Source: a virus (taxonomy: Duplodnaviria; Caudoviricetes). From it: 64,000 nucleotides of DNA. Every line of letters begins with the position of its first letter. Positions within the stretch are counted from its first letter, which is position 1. Under the pieces are notes generated by a model. That model searched no databases, had not been told where the DNA came from, and saw only the letters and a program-made list of their open reading frames with translations. Positions 1 through 9,448 of the stretch are shown here, piece by piece. The position numbers and the translations under genes are program-made. Location: the IMG/VR virus record IMGVR_UViG_3300001598_002233, positions 22,311 through 86,310 of that record. One strand, 5' to 3'.

Positions 1-74
1 AAATAGGGAAGATTTGGACTTTTTTGATTGAAAGTTTATTAAATTTTCCCTATTTATTTTAAAAGGAATAATAT

Positions 75-2267
75 ATGGAAGTAAGAAAAAGTAATGGCTC
101 TTTTGAAGAGTTTGATAAAGAAAAAGTGAAGTACAGCGTTTGTTCTGCATATATTGCGGCTGGTGAAGAGTGTGATGAAGTTATCCTTGATGCTATTATG
201 GGTGGCCTTTATATCTACGATAGAATTACAACAATGGAAATTGAGAGACAGGTGTCTGAAATATTGATGTCCATTAACAAGAAGGTTGCTCGTAAATATC
301 TTGATAAGGCAAATGATAAAAGGCCTCTTAAGAAGAACGATGACTTTGTAAAGAATTATATTACGGCATCTAACGCTGCAACTGGGTCTAAATTTGACTC
401 TAATGCTAATGTATCAAATAAGAATATTGTTACTCTTGGGCAAGAAATTCATAAAGGTGAGAATATTCAGCAGAATAGATATATTATGCATAATAAGATT
501 AAGAATCTTTACAGCAAAAAACTTGCAGACCAATACATTTATGACCTTGAGCATCATGTGATTTATCGTCACGACGAGTCAGGTACTCCTGGTTTTCCTT
601 ATTGCGTAGCAATTACGATGTATCCATTCCTAACAGATGGACTTTCAAAATTAGGTGGTATTTCAGTAGCACCTACTGATTTAAAATCTTATTGTGGCGA
701 ATTTATTAATCTCGTTTATTCTGTTTCATCGCAGTTTATGGGGGCAGTGGCAACACCAGAATTCCTTATGTATATGGATTATTTCATTCGTAAAGATTAT
801 GGTGAAAACTACCTTGAAAGACTTGGTGAAGTTGTAGAAAATAATAGAAAATCAAGGACACTTGAACAGGTTATTGAAAACTATTTTCAACAGGTGGTTC
901 ATAGTATGAATATGCCAGCAGGTAACCGTGGATATCAAACAGTCTTTTGGAATGTGGGCTACTTTGATAAGCCTTATTTTGAAGGGGTGTTTGGCGAATT
1001 TGTTTTCCCTGATGGAACAAAGCCAGTATGGGAGACACTTTCTTGGTTGCAGAAAAAATTTATGAAGTGGTTTAATCATGAGCGTGAGAGATATGTGCTT
1101 ACATTCCCTGTCGAGACAATGGCAATGCTTACAGATGGAAATGATGATTTCGTAGATAAGGAGTATGCTGATTTTACTGCTGAAATGTGGGCAGAAGGCC
1201 ATAGTTTCTTCTGTTATCTTTCAGATAGCCCAGATAGTCTTAGTAGTTGCTGCCGATTGAGAAATTCTTTAAAGGATAGTGAAAATACTGATGAGCACAA
1301 CCATACAACGCATCAGTTCTCTATGGGTACAGCATCAGTAGCAACAGGCTCAAAGTGTGTTATGACCATCGACCTTAATCGTGCAATACAGGACGCTACA
1401 TTTAAGTATTATGAGGATAAAGGTATTTCATATAAGCGTGGAGAACAATTAAAGAAAGATGCAAACCGCGAAGAAGTTTATGATTATATCAAAACATATC
1501 TTGCAGAACTTACAGAGAGAGTGCATAAGTATCTTGCATCATTCAATGCAATTGTAAAAGATTTTTATCAGGCAAGGATGCTTACTGTTTATGATGCAGG
1601 TTTTATTGATATGAAAAAGCAATATCTTACAGTTGGTGTTAATGGGCTTACTGATGCCGCAGAATTTTTAAGACTTGAGCCAAATCCCAATAAGGATTAT
1701 GAATTTTTTGTAAATGAAATTCTCGAAACCATTAATAAAGTAAATAAGAAGGATAGGACCAGAGATTGTATGTTTAATACGGAATTTATTCCTGGTGAAA
1801 ATGTTTCTTACAAGCATTATAAGTGGGACGAAAAAGACGATTACTATGTATCCCCGAAGCATATAATGTATAGTTCCTATTTTTACAACCCAGAAGATAA
1901 TAGTCTTTCTGTTCTTGATAAATTTGAACTTCACGGAAAAAAGTATGTTCAGTACCTCGATGGTGGCTCTGCACTTCATATGAACCTTAACGAGCATCTT
2001 TCTAAAGAACAATATAGAAATCTATTAAAGGTTGCGGCTAGAAAGGGTACAAACTACTTTACATTTAATGTTAAAAATACAGTTTGTGAAGATTGTGGGT
2101 ATATTAGCAAGCATACTCTTGATACTTGTCCCCATTGTGGAAGTAAAAATCTGTCTTATTTGACACGAATTATTGGTTACTTAAAGAAAGTATCTTCATT
2201 TAGCGAAGCTCGACAGAAAGAAGAAGGAGTAAGATTTTATACAAAGGAAAATGATGTTAAGTTATGA
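75..2267 (+). CDS. nrdD: Anaerobic (class III) ribonucleoside-triphosphate reductase with N-terminal ATP-cone
   Basis: N-terminal MEVRKSNGSFEEFDKEKV ATP-cone start; SCCRL finger-loop cysteines; C-terminal Zn ribbon CEDC..CPHC and glycyl-radical motif YLTRIIGYL; followed by nrdG. Confidence 0.97.
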   Translation: MEVRKSNGSFEEFDKEKVKYSVCSAYIAAGEECDEVILDAIMGGLYIYDRITTMEIERQVSEILMSINKKVARKYLDKANDKRPLKKNDDFVKNYITASNAATGSKFDSNANVSNKNIVTLGQEIHKGENIQQNRYIMHNKIKNLYSKKLADQYIYDLEHHVIYRHDESGTPGFPYCVAITMYPFLTDGLSKLGGISVAPTDLKSYCGEFINLVYSVSSQFMGAVATPEFLMYMDYFIRKDYGENYLERLGEVVENNRKSRTLEQVIENYFQQVVHSMNMPAGNRGYQTVFWNVGYFDKPYFEGVFGEFVFPDGTKPVWETLSWLQKKFMKWFNHERERYVLTFPVETMAMLTDGNDDFVDKEYADFTAEMWAEGHSFFCYLSDSPDSLSSCCRLRNSLKDSENTDEHNHTTHQFSMGTASVATGSKCVMTIDLNRAIQDATFKYYEDKGISYKRGEQLKKDANREEVYDYIKTYLAELTERVHKYLASFNAIVKDFYQARMLTVYDAGFIDMKKQYLTVGVNGLTDAAEFLRLEPNPNKDYEFFVNEILETINKVNKKDRTRDCMFNTEFIPGENVSYKHYKWDEKDDYYVSPKHIMYSSYFYNPEDNSLSVLDKFELHGKKYVQYLDGGSALHMNLNEHLSKEQYRNLLKVAARKGTNYFTFNVKNTVCEDCGYISKHTLDTCPHCGSKNLSYLTRIIGYLKKVSSFSEARQKEEGVRFYTKENDVKL

Positions 2268-2767
2268 TTAGATATGTTAAAGAAGATACAACAGTAGCAT
2301 TTGCTGAAATCCCTAATGAGACCAGCCTTTGTCTTAACATCTCAAATTGCCAAAATTCTTGTGTTGGATGTCACAGTCCGTATTTAAAGAAAAATATTGG
2401 GGAATATCTTGATTATGCTGAACTTGATAAGTTGGCTAAGGAAAATGAGGGTATTACTTGTATTTGCTTAATGGGAGAAGGTAATGACTTTTGCGATATT
2501 ATCCATTACGGTGCTTATATTCACAATATCTTAGGCCTAAAGTCGGCTGTTTATTCAGGAAGGGAAGATATTCCCGAAGCAGCATATTGGGATGTATTCG
2601 ATTATATCAAAATTGGCCCATATAAGGCCGAATTTGGGCCCTTAAACTCAAAGACAACCAACCAACGCCTATACCATCATAATGGCGAGAAAGAGGCTGA
2701 AATTGAGATTAATGGGGTAAAGCATCAGGGATGGACTGATATAACTCACAAGTTTTGGGAAAAATGA
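2264..2767 (+). CDS. nrdG: Anaerobic RNR activating enzyme (radical SAM)
   Basis: CQNSCVGCHS CxxxCxxC motif, YIKIGPY and TTNQRLY motifs; ATGA overlap with the nrdD stop. Confidence 0.93.
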   Translation: MIRYVKEDTTVAFAEIPNETSLCLNISNCQNSCVGCHSPYLKKNIGEYLDYAELDKLAKENEGITCICLMGEGNDFCDIIHYGAYIHNILGLKSAVYSGREDIPEAAYWDVFDYIKIGPYKAEFGPLNSKTTNQRLYHHNGEKEAEIEINGVKHQGWTDITHKFWEK

Positions 2768-3549
2768 GAAAACTCATAATAACAGAGGGCCAAGCAAAAG
2801 AGATACTTGGAGGGCGATTTTTAAGGGAAAGTAAGAGTGTGCTTGATATTTTTAATGTTAAGAGAACACCGTTATTGGAGGCTTATTATGCTACTTATCC
2901 CATAAAAAAGGTGGTGGAATACTTAACGAAACATTTTTACCTAAGTCAAGATTATCAAAATTTTTTGAATAATAGTGAAAAATATCAAGGGTTTATAACT
3001 ATTACAGAGATGGAAAGTGGGGAAGAAAGTATTAGTTTAGTATTTCCTAACGGGGAATATCCTTTAAAAAAATTGGGTGAAGCGATGTCGTTATGTGGCT
3101 ATTATGAAAGTGATAGAAAAAAGATAGGTGAAATTGGTGGGGTAGAGTATGTGAATATAAATTTTGAAAAACGCCATCAAGATAATGTTTCTGAAAAGAT
3201 TAAGGGAGAGTATAAGTATCTTTATCATATAACTTTGAAAGAAAAAGAAGATAAGATAAGAAGAATAGGCTTGGTTCCAAAGGCGTATAATAAGCGAAGT
3301 AATCATCCAGAAAGAGTTTATTTAATACCAAGTAATAGCCCAATACCGTATTTAATGTTTCATTTTTATCAAGTAGGAAAAATGCTTTATCCTGATAAAA
3401 ACAGTTTTATTGTTTGTGGCATTGAGACTAAAGATTTGGATTGTGAATTTCATTTTGACCCCAATATGGAAAGTGCAGTATATATAACTGAAAATATCTC
3501 GCCACAAATATTGCACATAAAAGATATAATTGTTAAAAACCAAGCATAA
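2764..3549 (+). CDS. Putative ADP-ribosyltransferase-fold protein (Tpt1/DarT-like) with N-terminal KLIITE motif
   Basis: C-terminal YLYHIT..KIRRIGLVP..RVYL..DPNMESAVYITENISP matches the H-x-T / GL / VYL / IPP-like pattern of ART-fold proteins. Start moved from the TTG at 2755 to the ATG at 2764 (ATGA overlap). Confidence 0.55.
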   Translation: MRKLIITEGQAKEILGGRFLRESKSVLDIFNVKRTPLLEAYYATYPIKKVVEYLTKHFYLSQDYQNFLNNSEKYQGFITITEMESGEESISLVFPNGEYPLKKLGEAMSLCGYYESDRKKIGEIGGVEYVNINFEKRHQDNVSEKIKGEYKYLYHITLKEKEDKIRRIGLVPKAYNKRSNHPERVYLIPSNSPIPYLMFHFYQVGKMLYPDKNSFIVCGIETKDLDCEFHFDPNMESAVYITENISPQILHIKDIIVKNQA

Positions 3550-3561
3550 TGCTTGGTTTTT
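3535..3561 (+). terminator. Intrinsic terminator after the nrdD-nrdG-ART unit
   Basis: AAAAACCAAGCAT-A-ATGCTTGGTTTTT inverted repeat with T-run. Confidence 0.7.
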
Positions 3562-3585
3562 TGTTGCCTATTTCAAATATTTTTG

Positions 3586-3593
3586 CTATTTAT
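3586..3593 (+). promoter_or_regulatory. CTATTTAT motif (candidate late promoter) upstream of the glycan locus
   Basis: Same 8-nt core as the motifs at 13426, 40161, 40847 and 56861; lies ~20 nt before the ATG at 3613 and just after a terminator. Confidence 0.45.
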
Positions 3594-3612
3594 TTAAAAA
3601 TGCGTTTTTGTC

Positions 3613-6600
3613 ATGACAAGTAAATACGAAAAATATATTCCATTAATTAAGGAAGTCTGTAAAAAGAAGGGATTTGATATTGACCTCGAACACCCAACAA
3701 CTATTCAGGATAAACTAAACTGGTATAATATCTACGATTATCCTTCAAGGAAAACCAATTGCACTGATAAATATTTATTGCATAAACATTCCGAGACAAA
3801 ACTTGGAAAGGATTTTTGTATTCCAATGTATAAGGTATATAAGAATGTGCTTGAAATTGATTGGAAATCACTCCCTAATAAGTTTGTGATAAGGTGCAAT
3901 CATGGTAGTGGAATGCATATTGTTGTCAGAGATAAAAGCAAGGCTGATATTTCGGGTATAATGGCTCAGTTAAATAAGTGGATGGAGGAAGATTATACTT
4001 TCAGAAATAATTTCGAGTTCTGTTATCACGAGATAGAGCATAGAATTATGGTTGAGGAACTTCTTGAAGACCCTTCACAGCCAAAGTTATTGCAGACATT
4101 CAGATTTTGGTGCTTCAATGGTAAGGTAAAGTTTATGTCAGTACAAGAGGGTGAGTTCGGCCCTATCAACCATTATGATGCTGATGAAAATTTTATGAAA
4201 TGGTTATCAAGAACTGATTATCCTAGCCAATACAAGTCTGATTATTTTATTCCGTATAATTATGATGCAATGAAACTTTATGCAAGGAGACTTGCAGAGG
4301 ACTTTGAATTTGCTTGTGTTGACTTTTACGAGGTTAATGGAAAACCATATCTAAAGAAGATGTGTTTCACGCCTAACGCCAATTATTTTCTATACAAAGA
4401 GGTGGAATCTAATTTTAAGGTTGGGAAAATGTTAACTTTGGGGATAAAGGGGGAGAATGAACACCAAGGAACATATAAGATGTTTGAAACATTGCTTCCA
4501 AAGCCACAGGTGAAGCCAATAGCAGCAGAAAAGTCCGTGGAAGTAAAGCCAAAAGTGGAGCAAAAGCCAGTTAATAGTCAACCACAACCGAAGGTTAATA
4601 CCCAAAAGGTAGAAGCATTAATTGAGAAGAAGGTAAAAGAAATACTTCAAAAGAAAGTAAAAGAGGACGAGGCTAAAAAAGTGGTTAAGCCTGTTGGCAG
4701 ACAAGTATATTACGGAAGTAATTTATTAAGCGGAGGCATTAGTAGCCCTTCAGATAATATAATACCAAAAGCATATCCTAAAAAGACGACATTTTTAGGT
4801 TCTAACGATGAATATTCTGTTTCTGATTCAGAGAAAATTATAGAGCAGAAGGGTAGTATGGAAAAGCCAGAAACTTCTCTTAAAATATCGTTATCTTCCA
4901 TTTTTAAAGACGATGCACAAGCAATTGATTATCTAAAAACTGAGGTGTTGAAGGATAAAAGTATTTTCTGGGAGGTAAATAATGCTATTGAGGAAAATCG
5001 CAGAATGAACCTTATCAAGAGAGAAAGTGTGGAGAAGGTTATTTCTGATTATGTTTGGAAAAGCACAAACAGCATACTGAGTGAAGATATTGCCACGGAA
5101 GATGGTAGATTTATCCCACAAAAGTTTGAACAGCCTAAAAATATCATAGCAAGTGAAAATGTGGTATATGAGACCAATTTAACAACATACCAAAATAGTT
5201 TCAATCTTAATGGTATAAAGAAAGAGGTACCCATGGAGGTTGAAGTTGAGGAGGTAGAGGAGGAAAAGGAATTTTTCATTGCCGAGGGAAATAGTGAAAC
5301 TATTAATCTTTGTATAATTCACTATAACACACCGAAATTGACAGAATGTCTTATTAGGAGTATAAACAAATTCACACCCAATTGTGTTATATATATATTT
5401 GATAATAGTGATAAGGAGCCATTTACCTATAGGCAGGATAATATAATTTATTTGGATAATACAAAGGGACAATATATTGATTTTGAAAAATGGTTACAGA
5501 AATATCCAAATAGGAAAAGGTCCCCAGAAGCGACGCATCAATTTGGTAGTGCAAAACATTGTGTAAGCGTGGAGAAGTGTATGGAATTGATTGACAAGAA
5601 TTTCATATTACTCGACTCAGATATTCTATTGAAGAAAGATATTTCCGTATTTAATGATAATAAATATATATTCGTTGGAACAACAGAAAAACAGCCATTT
5701 GTAGGAATCAGTAGGGTACTTCCGTTTGTGTGTTTCATTAATGTTGACGCTTGTAAATTTTATGATGTCCATTATTTTGATGAAAATCGCATGCACGGCT
5801 TATTCAATAATGCAATTATTGCAAATGCAGACCATTATGATACTGGCGCAGCGTTCTTATATCACGCAAAGCCTTACCCACATAAAGAAATTGACTATAG
5901 GGGCTATATAGAGCATTTTAAGGGTGGCAGTTGGGAAAATATTTCTTCAAGACGAGGCAATCGAACAATGTCATCGAAAGATTGGCTTGCTAAATTCAAA
6001 AACTTATGGGACGACACCAAGCCATTCCGTAAAGTTGTTTATACTTGCATTACTGGTGGATACGAGAGTCTTAAGAAACCAAGTTATGTGAATGCTGATT
6101 TTGACTACATATGTTTTACTGACGCTGATATCAAGAGTGACTTTTGGCAGATAAGACCATTACCAAAGGAAACGGAGGGGTTAAGCAATGTTAAAAAACA
6201 AAGATATGTAAAGATTAATGCACATAAGGTGCTTCCAGAATATGACTTCTCTGTTTGGATTGATGGAAATGTTGACATCAGGGGAAATATTAATGAATAT
6301 ATTGCAGCAAACTGTCAACGAAGCAAAGGCGTAATTTCAATAGGAACGCACCCAGAAAGAGATTGCACTTATGAGGAAGCAAAGGCATGTGTTCATTACA
6401 AGAAAGACACAATGGACAATATGGCAGAGCAGATAGATTTCTACAGAAAAGAGGGACTTCCTGAACATTATGGGCTCGTACAGACTTGCATTGTGTTTAG
6501 ATATCATAATGACGAACAATGTGTACAACTAATGGAAGAGTGGTGGAATGAACTATATTCCCATAAGAGTCATAGAGACCAACTTTCAATAAGTTATGTG

Positions 6601-6687
6601 CAATGGAAAACGGGAATTAGGATAAACAAGTTAGATAAATCAATTTTCAAAAATAAATACTTTTGGTGGGGGGTAACACACAGATGA
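3613..6687 (+). CDS. Multidomain glyco-enzyme: TupA-like ATP-grasp + low-complexity linker + GT2-like + DUF616 (TOD1/MUCI70-like) glycosyltransferase
   Basis: N-terminus TDKY..LPNKFVIRCNHGSG..FWCFNGKVKF (TupA-like); middle INLCIIHYNTPKLTECLIRSI..YIFDNSD..ILLDSD (GT2); C-terminus VVYTCITGGY..DYICFTD..VWIDGN..HPERDC..RDQLS (DUF616). Confidence 0.8.
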   Translation: MTSKYEKYIPLIKEVCKKKGFDIDLEHPTTIQDKLNWYNIYDYPSRKTNCTDKYLLHKHSETKLGKDFCIPMYKVYKNVLEIDWKSLPNKFVIRCNHGSGMHIVVRDKSKADISGIMAQLNKWMEEDYTFRNNFEFCYHEIEHRIMVEELLEDPSQPKLLQTFRFWCFNGKVKFMSVQEGEFGPINHYDADENFMKWLSRTDYPSQYKSDYFIPYNYDAMKLYARRLAEDFEFACVDFYEVNGKPYLKKMCFTPNANYFLYKEVESNFKVGKMLTLGIKGENEHQGTYKMFETLLPKPQVKPIAAEKSVEVKPKVEQKPVNSQPQPKVNTQKVEALIEKKVKEILQKKVKEDEAKKVVKPVGRQVYYGSNLLSGGISSPSDNIIPKAYPKKTTFLGSNDEYSVSDSEKIIEQKGSMEKPETSLKISLSSIFKDDAQAIDYLKTEVLKDKSIFWEVNNAIEENRRMNLIKRESVEKVISDYVWKSTNSILSEDIATEDGRFIPQKFEQPKNIIASENVVYETNLTTYQNSFNLNGIKKEVPMEVEVEEVEEEKEFFIAEGNSETINLCIIHYNTPKLTECLIRSINKFTPNCVIYIFDNSDKEPFTYRQDNIIYLDNTKGQYIDFEKWLQKYPNRKRSPEATHQFGSAKHCVSVEKCMELIDKNFILLDSDILLKKDISVFNDNKYIFVGTTEKQPFVGISRVLPFVCFINVDACKFYDVHYFDENRMHGLFNNAIIANADHYDTGAAFLYHAKPYPHKEIDYRGYIEHFKGGSWENISSRRGNRTMSSKDWLAKFKNLWDDTKPFRKVVYTCITGGYESLKKPSYVNADFDYICFTDADIKSDFWQIRPLPKETEGLSNVKKQRYVKINAHKVLPEYDFSVWIDGNVDIRGNINEYIAANCQRSKGVISIGTHPERDCTYEEAKACVHYKKDTMDNMAEQIDFYRKEGLPEHYGLVQTCIVFRYHNDEQCVQLMEEWWNELYSHKSHRDQLSISYVQWKTGIRINKLDKSIFKNKYFWWGVTHR

Positions 6688-8072
6688 TGACAGAGCAACC
6701 GATTACAATTCAAGAAAAATTACAATGGCTTAAAGAGAATGATAAGAATCCATTGAAAGAAAAATGTAAGGACCAATTAAAACTAAGAGAATGCCTAAAG
6801 TCTGTTTTAGGCAAGGACTTTTGTGCACCTGCATTAAAGATTTATAAGTCTTCAGCATATATTGAATGGGATAAACTTCCAAAGAGTTTTGTTATTAAGT
6901 GTAATCTTAATGATAAGAGCATTTTTGTCAAGGATAAAGATTCGGCTAATAGGGGCAAAATTAATAAGGAAGTAGATTCGTGGCTTATTGATGAACAACA
7001 TAAGATTGTAATTGAGAAATATGTTGTGGATAAAAAAGAGTTATTAAAATTTGGACTATGGTATTTTAGCGGGGAATTAAAATTCTATGAGGTGAAGGAG
7101 GGAGATAATGGAAGGTACTGCAATTTTTATGATACTCAAAATAGGTTCTTAAAAAAGTTTTTGGTAAAAGGGTATGTTAATGATGAAATGATTCAATTCC
7201 AAAGGCCCCCACATTTTGGCTTGATGAAAGAGTATGGAAAAAAACTTTCTAAGCCATTTAAATTTGTTATAATTAATTTTTATGAGGGTAATGGGGAACT
7301 ATTTGTCGATAATTTTTGCTTTGAACCCTATGGCGGGGATTTTTCTTTCGAAAGGCCCGATATAAATCGTTATGTGGGGGATTTTCTCAATTTGGACTTA
7401 GAATTAAAGAAAAAGGTTATATATACTTGTATTACTGGCGAATATGAAACGCCTTATGTTCAAGAGTGTGAGAAACAGCCCAATTTTGATTATATTTGTT
7501 TTACAGATTCTAATATTCAGAGTGATTTTTGGGAGATAAGGCCATTGCCAAGAGGACTTGAGGGCCTTAGTAATGTTAAAAAACAGAGATGGATAAAGAT
7601 AAATGCCCACAAGATATTGCCAGAATATGAATTTTCCATTTGGGTTGATGGGAATGTAAAAATGGGAGGTAATATGAATCAGTTCTTATCTGAAAACATA
7701 ACGAATAAACCTTATAAGTTTTATGTCGGAACACATCCACAAAGGGACGATGTATATGAGGAAGGAAAGGCTTGCATAGAACTTAAAAAAGATACCCCCG
7801 AAAATATCCACAGACAGTTAGATATTTATAAGAAAGAGGGCCTTCCAAGTCACTATGGAATGGCTCAGACTTGTATGTTATTTAGATGGCATAATAATGA
7901 AGAATGTATAACATTAATGGAAGCGTGGTGGGACGAGATGGAGAAATACGGTCATAGAGACCAATTATCGTTTCCTTATGCATTATGGAAAACAGGAATT
8001 AAGATTGGATTCTTAGATAAGAAAATATTTAAAAGTGAATATTTTAGAAGAATTCCACATAATAAAAAGTAA
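6684..8072 (+). CDS. Degenerate TupA-like ATP-grasp fused to DUF616 glycosyltransferase-like domain
   Basis: IEWDKLPKSFVIKCN at the N-terminus; VIYTCITGEY..DYICFTD..IWVDGN..HRDQLSFPY at the C-terminus. Start placed at ATG 6684 (ATGA overlap). Confidence 0.78.
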   Translation: MMTEQPITIQEKLQWLKENDKNPLKEKCKDQLKLRECLKSVLGKDFCAPALKIYKSSAYIEWDKLPKSFVIKCNLNDKSIFVKDKDSANRGKINKEVDSWLIDEQHKIVIEKYVVDKKELLKFGLWYFSGELKFYEVKEGDNGRYCNFYDTQNRFLKKFLVKGYVNDEMIQFQRPPHFGLMKEYGKKLSKPFKFVIINFYEGNGELFVDNFCFEPYGGDFSFERPDINRYVGDFLNLDLELKKKVIYTCITGEYETPYVQECEKQPNFDYICFTDSNIQSDFWEIRPLPRGLEGLSNVKKQRWIKINAHKILPEYEFSIWVDGNVKMGGNMNQFLSENITNKPYKFYVGTHPQRDDVYEEGKACIELKKDTPENIHRQLDIYKKEGLPSHYGMAQTCMLFRWHNNEECITLMEAWWDEMEKYGHRDQLSFPYALWKTGIKIGFLDKKIFKSEYFRRIPHNKK

Positions 8073-8084
8073 AAATAGTAAATT

Positions 8085-8567
8085 ATGATTACATACACAA
8101 TAGAAAATGCTCAAAAACAAGGAATGAAAGTTGGAAAAAATGTGGGATTTACAGATACACCCAACTTTGGCTCAGAGCCTTATCTAATAGAAATTGGGGA
8201 TAATACAACATTTAGTTTCGAGGTTGCCTTTGTCAATCACGATGCGGCGACACGTGTTATTAGACAACTTCCAGACGGCGACCCGAATACAATTATATAT
8301 GGAAAAATAAAAATAGGTAAAAATTGCTTTATTGGGTGTAGAACTACTTTATTACCAGGAATAGAAATTGGCGACAATGTGGTAATTGGGGCGGGAAGTG
8401 TGGTCAATAAGTCAATTCCTTCAAATTCCATTGCTGCAGGAGTACCTTGTAAGGTAATATGTAGTTTAGACGAATATCGAGAAAAGCATCAGGATGATTT
8501 TTTATATATGGTAAATTTACCATATAATGAAAAAAAGAAATTCTTAACAGAGCATTTTGGTGATTAA
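8085..8567 (+). CDS. Left-handed beta-helix (hexapeptide repeat) acyltransferase, polysaccharide O-acetyltransferase type
   Basis: FGSEPYLIEIGDN, KIKIGKNCFIG..LLPGIEIGDNVVIGAGSVV..IAAGVPCKVI hexapeptide repeats. Confidence 0.9.
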   Translation: MITYTIENAQKQGMKVGKNVGFTDTPNFGSEPYLIEIGDNTTFSFEVAFVNHDAATRVIRQLPDGDPNTIIYGKIKIGKNCFIGCRTTLLPGIEIGDNVVIGAGSVVNKSIPSNSIAAGVPCKVICSLDEYREKHQDDFLYMVNLPYNEKKKFLTEHFGD

Positions 8568-8593
8568 TAATAAGAGTTTAAAGTACATAAAGA

Positions 8594-9448
8594 ATGAAAG
8601 ATATTAAAGTTGCAATAGGTGCTATTGCTAAATGCGAAAACCTTTATATTCGTGAATGGGTGGAATACCATAAAAATCTTGGTATATATAAGATATTTTT
8701 ATACGATAATAACGATATAGACGGGGAACGGTTTGAAGAAGTTATTGACGATTATATTAAAAATGGCTATGTTACTATAGTGGATTATAGGGGGCGTAAG
8801 AATGACCCTAATGGAGATTTACATCATATGCATATAAATCTCCAATCACAAATGTGCAACCATTGTTATAAAATAGTTTCTGAAGAATATAAGGAAATTG
8901 ATTGGCTTGCTATTATTGATATTGATGAATTTATTGCTTTCAGCAATGAATTTAAGAACATAGGTGAATTTTTATCACAGGATATATTCAAGGATTGCGA
9001 ATGTGTAAGGCTTAATTGGAAGATGTATGGGGATAGTGGGTATTATAAAGTCGAAAATGGTAATTATTCAGTTGCAAGATTTAAAGAGTGGAAGATAGAT
9101 AAATTAGGGAAGTCAATATTTAAAACTGGATTATCGCATTTGTATGGCATAATAGAAGGGCATGGGTCTTATGTTTCTGTAAATTTTGATGAAGAGGGAA
9201 ATAGATTACCGATTTTTAATAATCGTATATCAATTGTTAATCCCAATCCCAAGTATTTACATGCTTGGATTAATCATTACAAATCAAAAACAATAGAAGA
9301 ATTTATAATTAGGCGATGTGTCATTAAAGATTTGGTGCCTTTTATTGAATACAAACCGATTTCATTTTTTTTATACAATGAAAGGACTAAGGAAAAAGAA
9401 GATTGGGCAAAAATTATTTGTAAAAAATATGGAATAAAGTATGAGTAA
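8594..9448 (+). CDS. Glycosyltransferase, GT2-like / Glyco_tranf_2_4 / GT92-like
   Basis: IAKCENLYIREWVEYH..FLYDNND..DWLAIIDIDEF (DxD motif)..WINHY. Confidence 0.85.
   Translation: MKDIKVAIGAIAKCENLYIREWVEYHKNLGIYKIFLYDNNDIDGERFEEVIDDYIKNGYVTIVDYRGRKNDPNGDLHHMHINLQSQMCNHCYKIVSEEYKEIDWLAIIDIDEFIAFSNEFKNIGEFLSQDIFKDCECVRLNWKMYGDSGYYKVENGNYSVARFKEWKIDKLGKSIFKTGLSHLYGIIEGHGSYVSVNFDEEGNRLPIFNNRISIVNPNPKYLHAWINHYKSKTIEEFIIRRCVIKDLVPFIEYKPISFFLYNERTKEKEDWAKIICKKYGIKYE

Noticed and set aside
852-2012. Antisense ORFs within nrdD, and similar 60-190-aa antisense or off-frame ORFs throughout (e.g. 12310-12849, 21919-22329, 52080-52646)
   Set aside because: They lie fully inside well-supported genes, have atypical composition and lack their own expression signals.
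75-2267. Intron or intein in nrdD
   Set aside because: Continuous 730-aa ORF of normal length with no splicing motifs or homing endonuclease.
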